Below are positions 13,150-31,871 of a DNA stretch of 64,000 nt, one piece after another. The position numbers and the translations under genes are program-made. Under the pieces are notes generated by a model. It had not been told where the DNA came from. It saw nothing but the letters and a program-made list of their open reading frames with translations, and ran no database searches. Numbering within the stretch: position 1 is the first letter of the stretch; each line of letters starts with the position of its first letter. Source of the stretch: a bacterium (GTDB taxonomy: Bacteria > UBA8248); NCBI GenBank assembly GCA_965213685.1, contig CBDBZY010000064.1, forward strand, positions 864,001-928,000, read 5' to 3'.

Positions 13150-15900
13150 GTCTGGACTAAAGGTTAAGAGGTGAAACCTGTGCCTCATAAGACATCAGGT
13201 TTCCACATCATGATGCGAAAGTCCTTTGCGACAAGACCAGAGGAAGAACAAGCTACTTGGATACACATGATGAAGATTGGAGGAGGGTGAATGCAGCCAG
13301 CCCAATGACTGGAGGTACATGAGTCACTTATTGGTTAGTTGGTGCTTCTTTGCCAAGTCCACCAGTAGCAGGACATTACAAGGGGAGTGAATGAAGCTCT
13401 TTCTACTTCACGAATGCATTGTCCATATGATGACTTTTAATATTCTCATATCATTGGTAGCAAGAAGCAGGCTGGCATTGTTAGTTCAATCTGTTGAGAG
13501 GATTATACATCAAAAATGCCTAAACGACCACCCCAAAACCCACAGGCTGCAATATCAACACAAACACAATCCTCCATGTTGACGGAAGCACCTGCAAAGG
13601 TTTGATCACTGATTGGCTGCAGGGAAGGCTCACAGCACATCATGACAAACAGTGGACAATGGGTTTGCAGTAATGTCTCCGGTTTCATTGTGGCAAATGA
13701 TTGGAACCCCAACCCCCCGGGCAGGAAAGGGCATGATCAACAGAAAAGTTATTCCCATGGGCACAGTAAGATGGTGCACGGAGTGGTTGCCAGGCACATT
13801 GAAGAGCAAGAGCATTTCTGAAGGCTTCTTTGTGTAACCAAAGAACTCCACTAGCAAAGAAGTCAACCAGCTTGAGGAACCTTTTCTTGCAGCAATTCAA
13901 AGGCATGATCAAGAGAGGAGGGTAAAGTGCTGATTGCTGATGACAGGTTCTTTTGGTGCTTGTGTAAGGGAAGTTCAGCCTCAGCAGTTGACTGTTCTTT
14001 ATGCATTTTCAGGGATAATTGAAAGAATGAGGTGACAGAGTGGCTTTGTGAACTGTTTAGATGCTTGATCCTCAAGATGGAAAGTTTAAACCAGGCCACC
14101 ATTCATGGCTGGAAGTAAAGAGAAGAGATCACACTCAATTTTACTGGGTGGTGCATGACCTGTTAGGGCAGAAATGAGCTGAGACTGAATTATGTTCTCT
14201 AGTGGTTGCAATAGAAAGCTGGTGTTAGGAATGGTACAAGAAAAGGTCTCTTTTGTCCCCTTGTACACCCATAATGCTGAATGGTTCAATTCTAGAGACA
14301 GTCACTGTGTACAAGTACTTGGGACTCCTCATATCATCAGCTCTATCATGGTCAAATCACATTCAAGGAGTTTGCAGTAAGGCCAGGAAAATACTAGGAC
14401 TTTTATATCGCAAATACTGTAAGGTTTCTGACAAAGCCACTCTGCTCCAATTGTATACATCGATAGTTCATCCTCACCTGGAATACGCTGCTCATGTATG
14501 GCATCCTCACATACAATGTGTCATCCAGCTGCTTGAAAGAATGCAAAAGTTGTCCTATAGGATGTGTACCAAGGCATGGAATGCAGGCTACGAGGAATTA
14601 CTAACTACTCTGCAGCTTCCTACTCTCTCTAATCATAGGTTGTTCCTCGAGTTTGCACTGTATTCAAGATCCTTCATGGATTGTGTTACTTTCATCCACA
14701 TGTATTTTCTACCAGGGAGACTAGGACACATGTTTGTAGACCTCTGATGCTCACTCATCCTTTCGCCACAACATTTTTCATTTGTCCCTCATTCAGTTCT
14801 CCAGTGGAATAACCTGTCTGCACATGTTATCAATAATTCTTCTGTGCATTCACTTCAAGTCACTTCTGCATTACCTTAAGCACTCACAGCTAGCTCTCTT
14901 TCTTTTGTCTCTTTGTTGTTGTCATCATCTTGTTTTTGTTGTAGAGTACATTTTGATTAGCCTTGGTTATTATTGTACCCATGCTATGCAAAACTTTCAT
15001 AGAATAAGAAAATTGGTCAGTGAGTCACTGCAGCATCGTCAGCATACCAAATCTGTGTATCAATGTTGATTAAGGGGAGGATGATGATAGTGTACATTAG
15101 TGTGGCCAATGGATCCCCTTGTGCGGTACCTTCTTGTGACCAGAGTGATTGACCGTCAACAAAAAATTGTGTTTCTCTCTAATAGACATTGATCATTATA
15201 GTAGCTAGAGGTGAGCTAGCCCAGTTCCCAGGTGATTTAAATGCATTGCTTGTATCCAGCAGTAGAGCAGCCTCAGCACCTTCAGCAGAGAAAGCCACAT
15301 TCATTGCATGAATGGGCTGCCTCAACTCCAGCAGTTTGACCAGCACAGAGCTGAAGAGACCCTGCAGCTTCCTGCACATCCTCTCAAGCTACCATGAGGA
15401 CAGTTTTTGAAATCATCCATTGAGCTGTTTCACAGATGCCAATGAGATGAGAACCAGGGCTCTTGTCCATCTGCAGGCAAGAAATGGTGCCAGATTATGT
15501 GGGTTGACAAAGGTTGTACACCAGTGCCTTGCAAAGAGTGCAATAGAATGACAGAAATCATTGGATGCTGTTTGAAAAGATGTGCAAAGCCTCCTCCAGC
15601 AGGCAGCATGCATCAGTGCCAGATGGACCAGCTGCACCATCACTATGTAAAGCATGCATGCAGCATTGTGGATCATTGAGCTGTAAACGGCATCAAATAG
15701 TACAGGATGAATTTTGGGTGAAGAGTTATCCAAGTGAAGAATGCAATAGGCAGGTTGTCAGGGAGGTGTTTTTCTCTCAAGAATCTCATGAGCATTGCAT
15801 GAGTCTACATTAAGGGAGAATATGATCTCATTAAGAGAAATAAACCACCCTTGGACGTTCTGAAAATAGACATACAGCTGCTTTTGTCTTCCCCTTGAAC
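13150..15900 (-). mobile_element. Degenerate CRE-clade-like (RLE-type) non-LTR retrotransposon
   Basis: Broken frames give [50 protein letters not shown] (about 15105-15145), AFRNALAL..W, FSVDHALSCP, HNETGDITA..DV..EPSLQP and DIAACGFWGG..FDV. Boundaries are approximate. Confidence 0.7.
14250..15010 (+). mobile_element. 5'-truncated CR1/L2-like fragment nested inside the CRE-like element
   Basis: YKYLGLLISSALSW, KARKILGLLYR and PHLEYAAHVW are homologous to the RT C-terminus of the 2402-3274 ORF. Confidence 0.75.
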
Positions 15901-15939
15901 TTGTAAAGTTGTGAGCCGAGTGGCTGCTGACTTTATGGA

Positions 15940-16702
15940 ACTTCAGAGTGACATTATGGAAGTAGCCAAATGGGTATAATTATGACAACTCACTAACGTT
16001 CAACACTTCAAAATGTTGATTACCCACAAAATGAAAACAATGCCATCATTGTATTTGAATGGACAACTGATTGTTGAAGTGAATAACTACAAGTATCTTG
16101 GAGTTCATTTAACATCAGATTTGAGGTAGGATACCCACATTGCAACTATCTGCCACAAGAGGAAAAAACTGCTTGGTCCCATGTACAGAAGGTCTTACAC
16201 TAGTGTCGATCCTATCTTTCTCTGCAGGCTCTACCTCTCTCTAGTCCATCCAGTATTGGAGTACGCATGTTAGGTGTGGGATCCATACACTCAGAGAAAC
16301 ATCAGAGTTGGTAGCCATGAAAGTTAACTCCCACAGTTGGAATATTGATTACGAGACATTGCTGAACATCTTTCAGCTTCCCAGTCTGAGTGCACAACGA
16401 GAATATTTAAGAATCGCCACTCTACATAAGATCATTACAGGCAACTTACTTTCTCCTTTGATATTCTGAAACATAGAGCTGCAAATCATTCCACCCGTGT
16501 TACCACAGTTATAACCAAATCTTTCACAGTTCCTACTCTTTCTTATAAACCTAGAACTCTATGTATGTGGAATAGTTCAGGAACAGAATATGCAAGTAAA
16601 ACTGTTAATGTATGCTTTAGTGTATGTTGTTGTAAGTAGGGTACACTTCATATTAGCATCCTTTTGCCGTGTGTGTATCCATTGCTCTGCATGTAAAAAA
16701 AG
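15940..16702 (+). mobile_element. Degenerate CR1/L2-like 3' fragment with A-rich tail
   Basis: YKYLGVHLTSDL and PVLEYAC*VWDP motifs; ends in tgcatgtaaaaaaa. Confidence 0.7.
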
Positions 16703-16780
16703 ATTCAGTCTTCAAAGACAGTACTTTTGTTGGCCCAGTATAGCTCCACGGTGCAGGCGCCTTCGCCGAAGTGACAGGAG

Positions 16781-16919
16781 TATGGTGGCCCACAGGGTTC
16801 ACCCACCGCGGCACCCGCTTCCTCTGGGTATATAGGGCATGGGGGTGCCGCAGCGGGTGCCGCAGCGGGTACAGACGCAGGTGGGTACCGCGGCGGGTGA
16901 ATCCTGTGGGCCACCGTAC
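16781..16919. mobile_element. Short GC-rich hairpin MITE with TA flanks
   Basis: ggtggcccacagggttcacccaccgcggcaccc is inverted as gggtaccgcggcgggtgaatcctgtgggccacc; TA on both sides. Confidence 0.6.
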
Positions 16920-17637
16920 AGGAGCAGGGAAGCTGACTATGGACCATGCGTGTTCCGTCTCTATAGACCTCAAGCGTACATAGACAAGATGAAGGAGTCG
17001 GTAAAAGTTTGCTGATGGGCTAGTATACCTCTCACGCACGCGCACACCATGGCCTCCGAAGTTACGCACACACATACGCCGTATTATTTTGGGCGTGGCT
17101 TTCGCTTGTCAGCTCAGGGAGGTTCTTTTGTACGGCCCCTCGGGGCGTGAGGTTTATCCGCTGTCCGGAGGTTAGAGGTTGTCCCTATCTGGGAGGTAGA
17201 AATGCATGCTACAATCGGTTGGGGGCAGACAGTTCTACTGAGGTTGTCCGCTTCTCGGAGTGTCCAGTCCTTCTCGCCACTCGTCTTTTCCACATCAGGA
17301 ATGGGACCAACAGCTACCACGGTGTACAAAAGAATTGCCTCCATGATGGCCCAGAAGCTGGACAAGCCATACAGCAAAACCCTACACTGCCAGTCTATTA
17401 CTGAGAGTGGTTCAGCAGTTCCTCTGGGATCATTTTATTCGCAGATTTAGTCTGATTGTCCATGTTCATATTATCACTTCACGTGTCCCTGCTCTAAATG
17501 TCCGTGTTCATTTGTGATGTATAATTTTAATTAAATGTGTGACATTTCTGGCCTGACCCTCAGTACATCTGTCTTATATCACAACACTATCCACTCCTCT
17601 TCATTTCTATACAATAATATTAATACCAGGAGATAGC

Positions 17638-17748
<111 letters not shown>

Positions 17749-17775
17749 ATGCACTGCCACATGAACTACATTTCT

Positions 17776-25137
<7,362 letters not shown>

Positions 25138-27244
25138 TCTCAGTTTCACAACTGTGACCGGATTGTGTGTGTAGGTGCATGTATGTTTACTTCCACTGTA
25201 AAAGAAGACAGAATGCAAACTTCTTTACAGGGTATTATTCACTACGTGTAGTGTCTACAATTGACATAAAATAATTATTGGCAATTTTGTTATTAATTTC
25301 CAGAATGTTTCCCAAGATACACATACATCCATAAAGTAGAGCTACCCCTTTATAATCTAATGCAGCAGCAGGAGTATAATGTCACAGTACATCCAGTAGT
25401 GGTGAGTTCATCTATCTAAGAGTGATCCAACCCATGCCTGCGAGATCAAGACCATTGACACGGTCACTAGGTATTCATGGCCTATTAAACACGCGGGTAA
25501 TTCTCCTCGCATTCTTACCAGCTTTGTCTTTTACGCGTCGTCATCTAAGATTCCAGAACCCGGAAACAGTACATAATTGGGGCGAGCTAGAGCGGGCCTA
25601 GTCTAGTTCCCAGACCCTTCTATTTACGCGAAGACATTGACTATACCTTCGCACGCCGGAATGTGAGATTGAAAGGAGCCCCGTAAGCGCTGCAAAGCGG
25701 CGCCAAGGAGCGTTGGGAGGAGGGCTGGGTAATTGGCTAATGGCTATGTCCAACAACACCGCATGATAAAGTGGAACAGCGATGTACTAACCACAGCAGC
25801 CAGGTTATGCTCTTATGCGGATCACAGTTACGTAACAGAAGCCACACAAGTGTATTGTAAGCCCAGTATATCTCAGTTGCCAAGTCCAGTTGGCAGCCGG
25901 GACGGTTGTCATTGGCAAGATGACCCATGTGGAAAAAGCTTTTAGTCCTGCTCATTGACCTATCAACCACAGCCACTTCAGTGAAGTGACACTAAATAAA
26001 CAATTGAAATTCCAGCGAATCAGGGAAGGGACCGGCATTACCTAGGCGTTAGGAACTAGGCTAGGACCAGCATATTATGCTCCATACATGCTACGGTTAT
26101 GCTATGCTGTGCTGCTTATCCATTATGCTCCTGTAGTGTCTCAATTATGCTCACTACCATGTACATAACACACTTCAAAGATTGCTTACAAGAGGCTGCC
26201 TCACAACTGCTGCTAGTATCTTTGTGCTACTGCCTACTGCACAAGATGTATAGACACATCAGTGAGCTACTTGGCCTCACACAGCTTGGACACCATAGTT
26301 GACCACACACACAATGCGCTGTTGGGCCAGACCCAGGCGTGGGGCGGAAAATGTCTCCAAAATGTACTGATTATACTAGCATCATGCTCAATGCTAAGAC
26401 TGTCTGATTGTGCTCAATAATATGCTGGTCCCTAATGCATAGCACTTCCCCAGACCCTTCCTCCTCCTGTGCGGAAGGACAATGAAGAAAGAACTCCTGC
26501 ATACTAATAGTCAACTTCTCTACAATCATTTTGATTCTTACAAGGACTTGTCCAATGTGTGTCTGATACAGGCCTATGTATCCTAATCCCCAACCTATTC
26601 TTGTATGTTATCATCTCACGCAGGCTGATTCGTGAATCTTGAACTTTGAAGTTTGAAGGGTCTGGGAACAGCGGGCCTATCAGTATGGCACGCTGTTAGT
26701 AACAAAATTCCACAACGACCTGAGAACCTCTCACGTCAACTGGCATGAGAGGTTTCAGCTCCCGTCATCGTGAGCACTCTCGTCAACCAGTATAGACAAG
26801 TAACCTTCCTTGTCTATACTATCTATGGTCAACCTGAGAACTTGTAAACATGAGAGATTTTCTCTCTCGTCGATGTGAGCAGTACTCTCACGACCTGGGA
26901 AAGCCTTGGTACAAGACTACCAAATGAAGAGCAGCACACATGTACTATGATACTTGGAACCCCCCTAGAACCACCCTTGCTATACGCCACTACGGCACAA
27001 AGTACAACACAATCATCACCGTTCTTACGTGTGAAAGTTCATAAAACCATTCTGTTTTGAGATCTTTGTTGTCTGTCAATCTAGAGCAAACCAAGCGCTC
27101 GCTCAAACTCGCCCCATTGATGACTGCATCTAACTAGTGATAGCTTCTGAAATTCATAGGTCACCGGGTCCGGTACATCCGCTGAGAGTCTCGGCCCCCA
27201 GACCCTTTCTAAAGGAAAGGGTCTGGTGCATATTATATCCTAGT

Positions 27245-27611
27245 TAGCCTCGTTGCCAGGCCGCAAAAATGAACGGCCTGGTACTCACTGCATGCGCATG
27301 CGCTCCATTCCCCAGAATCTGGGGAATCCGGTTATCTCAGTAAATTATTGTTCGTTTTCGCGGCTCGAGAACGAGGCTAGTCTCGATGCTAGGCTACCCT
27401 CGATATTAACTAACGCTAAAATCGAGGGTGGCCGAGGCTATGGACCAGGCTCAAAACCGCTTCAGAGACAACAAACCTTTATGGCCTTCGTATACTTACT
27501 CCGCGTATGTTTCCGTATACCTATTTGAATAATTGATACTGCGAGCATGCGCATTAAAACGCGTGCAGTGGGTACCAGGCCGTTGATTTTTGCGGCCTGG
27601 GAACGGGGCTA
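27245..27611. mobile_element. MITE with about 55-bp TIRs (TAG...CTA termini) and a 9-bp TSD
   Basis: tagcctcgttgccaggccgcaaaaatgaacggcctggtactcactgca versus tgcagtgggtaccaggccgttgatttttgcggcctgggaacggggcta. Flanks are tatcctagt (27236-27244) and tatcctaat (27612-27620). Confidence 0.8.
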
Positions 27612-28175
27612 TATCCTAATGGAATCGACGTTGGAATGTTGGCGCGGGTGTTAGAATGTTGTAAATCTGCGTGCCTGGCGTTCCAGTTTCCGTGCCGTTT
27701 CTCCCCTCCCCCTTTTTCGCACGTGACCATTAGAAAGGGTCTCCGACTGCTTTCGTAGGCACGCCCACCTATTCACGTCCACTCTTTCCTATCAGTCATG
27801 GGCTCAAAGGCCTGAAGGGTAGTGGATAAAATGCAATTCTACGAATATTTCTGCTGGCTAGCTGGGCTAGGCGCTAGGCTTGGTGCGCACGATCCGTCCA
27901 GCCATAAATACTGCACATGGTCTAGCCACGCCCTCACAGCCGCACAACTTAGTGATACAATTATTTATCATTGAATGTTGCGAACTTTCCAGTGGGTCAT
28001 GAATACACACATAATCAAGAGTGCACTATTTGTTGCTAACCGCATGCACAAAGAAATGGTTAACATGCATGTACACGTACAGTGTATGCAATACCTCAGT
28101 CACAGTATAACTATACAAGTGTGATGAATGTGCCAACCTGATACACTATTACTATAAGAGTTTTGAGCAGCAGGA

Positions 28176-29100
28176 CTAGTACATCTGATGATCACCACAG
28201 TCACCAACCCAAGCAGGCACTGTGTAGGAATGAGCCCAGCCACACTTATTGGGAGATATACCAGAATCCTGCGTTACTACCCTGAAACAAGTGAGGAAGG
28301 GGTGTAACCTCATTCCTGCAATAATTGATATGTCGATGACACCACCCCAGTTTCCAGAGAGCAGAGCAGTTCCCATAGCAATGGTAATATAGTAACGACA
28401 ATGACATTTGTATGGCTGGAATATAATGAAGAGGACACAGTACAGGAGGATGAAGATGGTGGTTATTGAAACTGGAGAGAGTCCATGAAAACATCCCAAG
28501 CAACACTAACCCGCTGAGGAGGAGGAAGCCTAAGAATGAGCAATAGTCTCTGGTACCATTTGTCCTGCCCTTGAAAGTGCCCTGGAACACGTCCATGAAT
28601 ATACGCAATACATGAGAGTTGAGGTGGAGCCTGTTCAGCAAGCGTTGGAAGCAGCGAAGAGGGTGGAGAAAGAGCAGCAACATTGGTAGCACCACCAGGA
28701 GTACCATTACTGTGAGGGCCAACAGAGCAAAGGGCAAGTGCTCACTACCAAAGTACTCCACTGTGGGCGCATTGAGGAGACAGTGCTTCATAGTAGGATG
28801 TGTGGCAGTTTCATTGTGATAGAAATATACATAGGTAGGCACCCGCACATTGAATGAAGCAGTGAGGAGCTGAGAGGTGGACAAGAAGATGAATGAGGCC
28901 AAAACATTGATGAGTGATGTCCTCACATTCCACTGCTGTTTGAAGTGCTTCAGTAGCCACCTCTGCATTGAGAGAGATTTTGGGCAGCATCACCTCAGGT
29001 TAAGACCCAGGGAAAGTTTGCTTGGACCATGTATCTCTCTCCCATCTTCGGTAGATACTGTCTTCTTTGCTGTGGGTGCATTTGACAATCAATTATGCTC
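28176..29100 (-). pseudogene. Fragment of a multi-pass membrane protein (family I recall as expanded and uncharacterised in non-bilaterians), frameshifted
   Basis: LINVLASFIFLS, VEYFGSEHLPFALLAL...LPMLLLFLHP..CFQ and FMDVFQGTFK..TNGTRDY. The frame breaks near 28480 and the N-terminus is missing. Confidence 0.6.
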
Positions 29101-29303
29101 TCAGTCTCTGTAGCTGAGTAGTTTCAGTGTGGGTGATAGAATGGACCACAGAGCACACCAAAGGATATTGTGTGACCTGTGTCTATCAGTGTTGCTGTGT
29201 CTGCTAGCTCTCCAGCCACTGACTCTTCATGCCCTCGATCTGTGGGCACTTTCTCCTCTTCTCTCCTTCTTTCCCTCCCCCCAGTCTTCCTCCCTCCCCT
29301 CAG

Positions 29304-29647
29304 GACAGGATGTGGTGGCAGCCACTGACTTCTCACAATGTATTTGTTCCCCTTGGCATTGTGCTGCAGCCGTGGATAGCAAGCCTCGTGATGGCCTTCA
29401 GCTCAGTGTCTGTTGTGTGCAGTTCTCTCCTGCTCAAGTGGTGAGTAATAACATCCTGCATTGTGGGCTGTGTTGGAGGATACTGTGTTTGTCTCTCCAC
29501 AGCTGTCACAGGCAGACCCAGTCTGACCTGCAGTCAACCCTGACCACCACCTTAGGTCCTCTGTACCTCACCAGTGCCCTCCAGTCCATCTCCACTCCAG
29601 CGTCTGTGCCACTGGCGTGGCCTGGGCATGCTGGTCTGGAGAACTAA
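29304..29647 (+). pseudogene. ATP7: Orphan 3' fragment of a Cu-transporting P1B ATPase (ATP7A/B-like)
   Basis: DVVAATDFS (cf. DVVASIDLS) is followed in another frame by [33 protein letters not shown] (cf. [26 protein letters not shown]). A GT donor at about 29441 leads to a short last exon. The intervening TM with the YN motif is deleted and no upstream ATP7 exons lie in the window. Confidence 0.75.
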
Positions 29648-30382
29648 GCCTCGAACCACACTATTGTTCTAGTAGATGGAATGTGAGGATACAATTATTT
29701 ATTTGTGGTTCATTAGAATGTTGTGAACTTTCCAGTGTTACAATGTGTCATGAATACACACATAATTAAAAGTGCACTAACTATGTGTTGCTAACTGCAC
29801 AAGGAAGTAGTCAAAATGCATGACGATTGTACATGTATGCAATGCCTTGGTCACAGTATCATTATATAGTGTGATAAATATGCCAGTCTGACACATTATT
29901 AATTTAATAGTTTTGAGCAGCAGGACTGGTACATCTGATGATCACCACAATCACCAACCCAAGCAGATACAGTGTAGGAATGAGCCCAGCCATAGTTGTT
30001 GAGATGTACAAGAACCCTGCGTTACTACCTTGAAATGAATAAGGAAGGGGTGTGCTCACTCTTGAGATCATGAGAAATGATACCTGGTGTTATGTGGATG
30101 TTACTTTGTGGTACAGTTGTCTAACAATTCCAGGATACTGCCTTCATCTAATCTGTGCTGATCAGTACTTGTCTCTATATAGCCCTCCCAGTACTCTTTG
30201 TTGTTTGAAAAAAAAAAAATTATATGTCTCATTTGGCTACTGTCATTCCCCTCAAAAGTCCTCTTTAAATTCACACGTTCAGTGAAAGTTGAACTGGAGG
30301 CCATTACACTACACCTGAAGCAGGTCATCAGTGATCCCAATGCAATTCTTACCCACTAGCGTTTGGTAATGAGCTGTATGCA

Positions 30383-30627
30383 CACTGCAAAAAGAGAATT
30401 GTTCTTTTAACAAAGACCTTTGTCATGTGAGTTGCACCTGCACAGCTGTGTCCATGCTTCCCTCGCATGTAGTACACAATCACAACATTTCCTTGTCATG
30501 TGGCCCATGACACAGCCGAAAATGGCTGTGATGATAATATTTATAGTGTTTGAGAGTACAGTTTACATGGCCTTACAACTTATGTGACAAAGGTCTTTGT
30601 TAAAGTAACAATGTCGTTTTTGCTGTG
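30383..30627 (-). mobile_element. About 245-bp CAC...GTG MITE, copy 1 (inverted relative to copies 2 and 3)
   Basis: TIRs cactgcaaaaagagaattgttcttttaacaaagacctttgtcatgtgagttg and caacttatgtgacaaaggtctttgttaaagtaacaatgtcgtttttgctgtg. Confidence 0.85.
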
Positions 30628-30814
30628 ATGGAAGAGTATTATTCTCCTGCTAAACAGCTCAGCTCTCACAACCTTGTTCCTGTAGCCAATGGCAAGCCAC
30701 TCAAGAGTTACAAAATATTGCAAATATAGGACTTCAGAACAGACCCCTTCATATCATAATCCCTGGACAAGAACTCTTTCTGTGAAACTCTGTCTAGTGC
30801 TCACTAGTTTACCT

Positions 30815-31059
30815 CACAGCAAAAAGGACATTGTTCCTTTAACAAAGACCTTTGTCATGTGAGTTGCAGATATATTCAAAAATGTACTCTCATATACTAC
30901 AAATGATATCATCACAGCTGTTGTGGGCTTTACTATGGCCATATGACAAGGAAATGTTGTGATTGTGTAGTACATGGGAGTAAAGTATGGACATGGTTAC
31001 ACAGGTGCAACTCACATGACAAAGGTCTTTGTTAAAGGAACAATTCTGTTTTTGCAGTG
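30815..31059 (+). mobile_element. About 245-bp CAC...GTG MITE, copy 2
   Basis: cacagcaaaaaggacattgttcctttaacaaagacctttgtcatgtgagttgca...tgcaactcacatgacaaaggtctttgttaaaggaacaattctgtttttgcagtg; near-identical to 38861-39103. Confidence 0.88.
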
Positions 31060-31871
31060 GCGCTTGTGTCTTGATTTGCTTTGCTCACTGAGAGGAATGG
31101 CTCCCTGAGTGACCAAAACTGTAGCTTTAGATTTATGCAGCCAACTTCAGGCACAAAACATAATAAGACTTTCTGTTCATCATCTGACAGCATGTGTCGT
31201 TTGAAAACAAACAAGTTGATCCCATTATTTTGTGGTGTTTGAATAGAATGCTGGAGGTTAGAGCTTGCAGTTCAATAAATCAAACTTGCAGTTCACAAGA
31301 AGATGGTGAAATGAAGAGGCAAGAGAATGAGAGGACAAGATACACCCCATCCTGCAGTACAGTGACTTTCACAACTCTCTCCAACCCTGTAGCATGTCTG
31401 GGAATTACATTGCCCCTGAAAGAGTCACGTACAGTTTGCTCTACTCAGCCTGCCAACAACATTGCTTCTATACAGCTCTACAATACTCTGGACCAAATGG
31501 CTTCTTGCTGAACAGCTTTTTCATTGCTCCCGGCCTTACTATTGTACCCATACTAATATTTAACCATGCTCTCGCAGAAAGTGATACCTAGGGCATGATT
31601 TCCATGATTCAAGGAACACTCTAGACCTCACACAATGTTTTCCAGTGCTTACATATTCATGGTCAATCAGTTACTGCATACATGAATAATTCATTAGATT
31701 GGTGAGCTTTTGTTTTACCTGCATCCCAAGTTAGAGAGCAATGAAAGAGCCTGACACTTGGACAGGTAAGATTAATCTATAAATCAAATGGTTTTGGTCT
31801 TTATTATAACTGCATTAACATTATTCAAATTATAACTATTTTAGTCACTTCTACTATTGTTTGCTGAAATG

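Larger units (their letters stand above)
27954..30053. repeat. Diverged direct repeat of about 350 bp (27954-28305 and 29688-30053)
   Basis: Both copies run gatacaattatttat...gaactttccagtg...tgagcagcaggact..tacatctgatgatcaccaca...aggaaggggtgt. Confidence 0.85.
30055..31470 (-). pseudogene. Degraded paralog of the carbohydrate sulfotransferase, split by two MITEs
   Basis: FKRHMLSDDEQKVLLCFVPEVGCINLKLQF (31032-31214) matches [30 protein letters not shown]. 30630-30810 gives KGSVLKSY and WLAIGYRNKV, matching KEAVLKSY and RLASSYRSKI. Confidence 0.7.

Noticed and set aside
26782-26835. Small hairpin agtatagacaag/cttgtctatact flanked by gtcaacc
   Set aside because: Probably a minimal MITE remnant; too short to classify.
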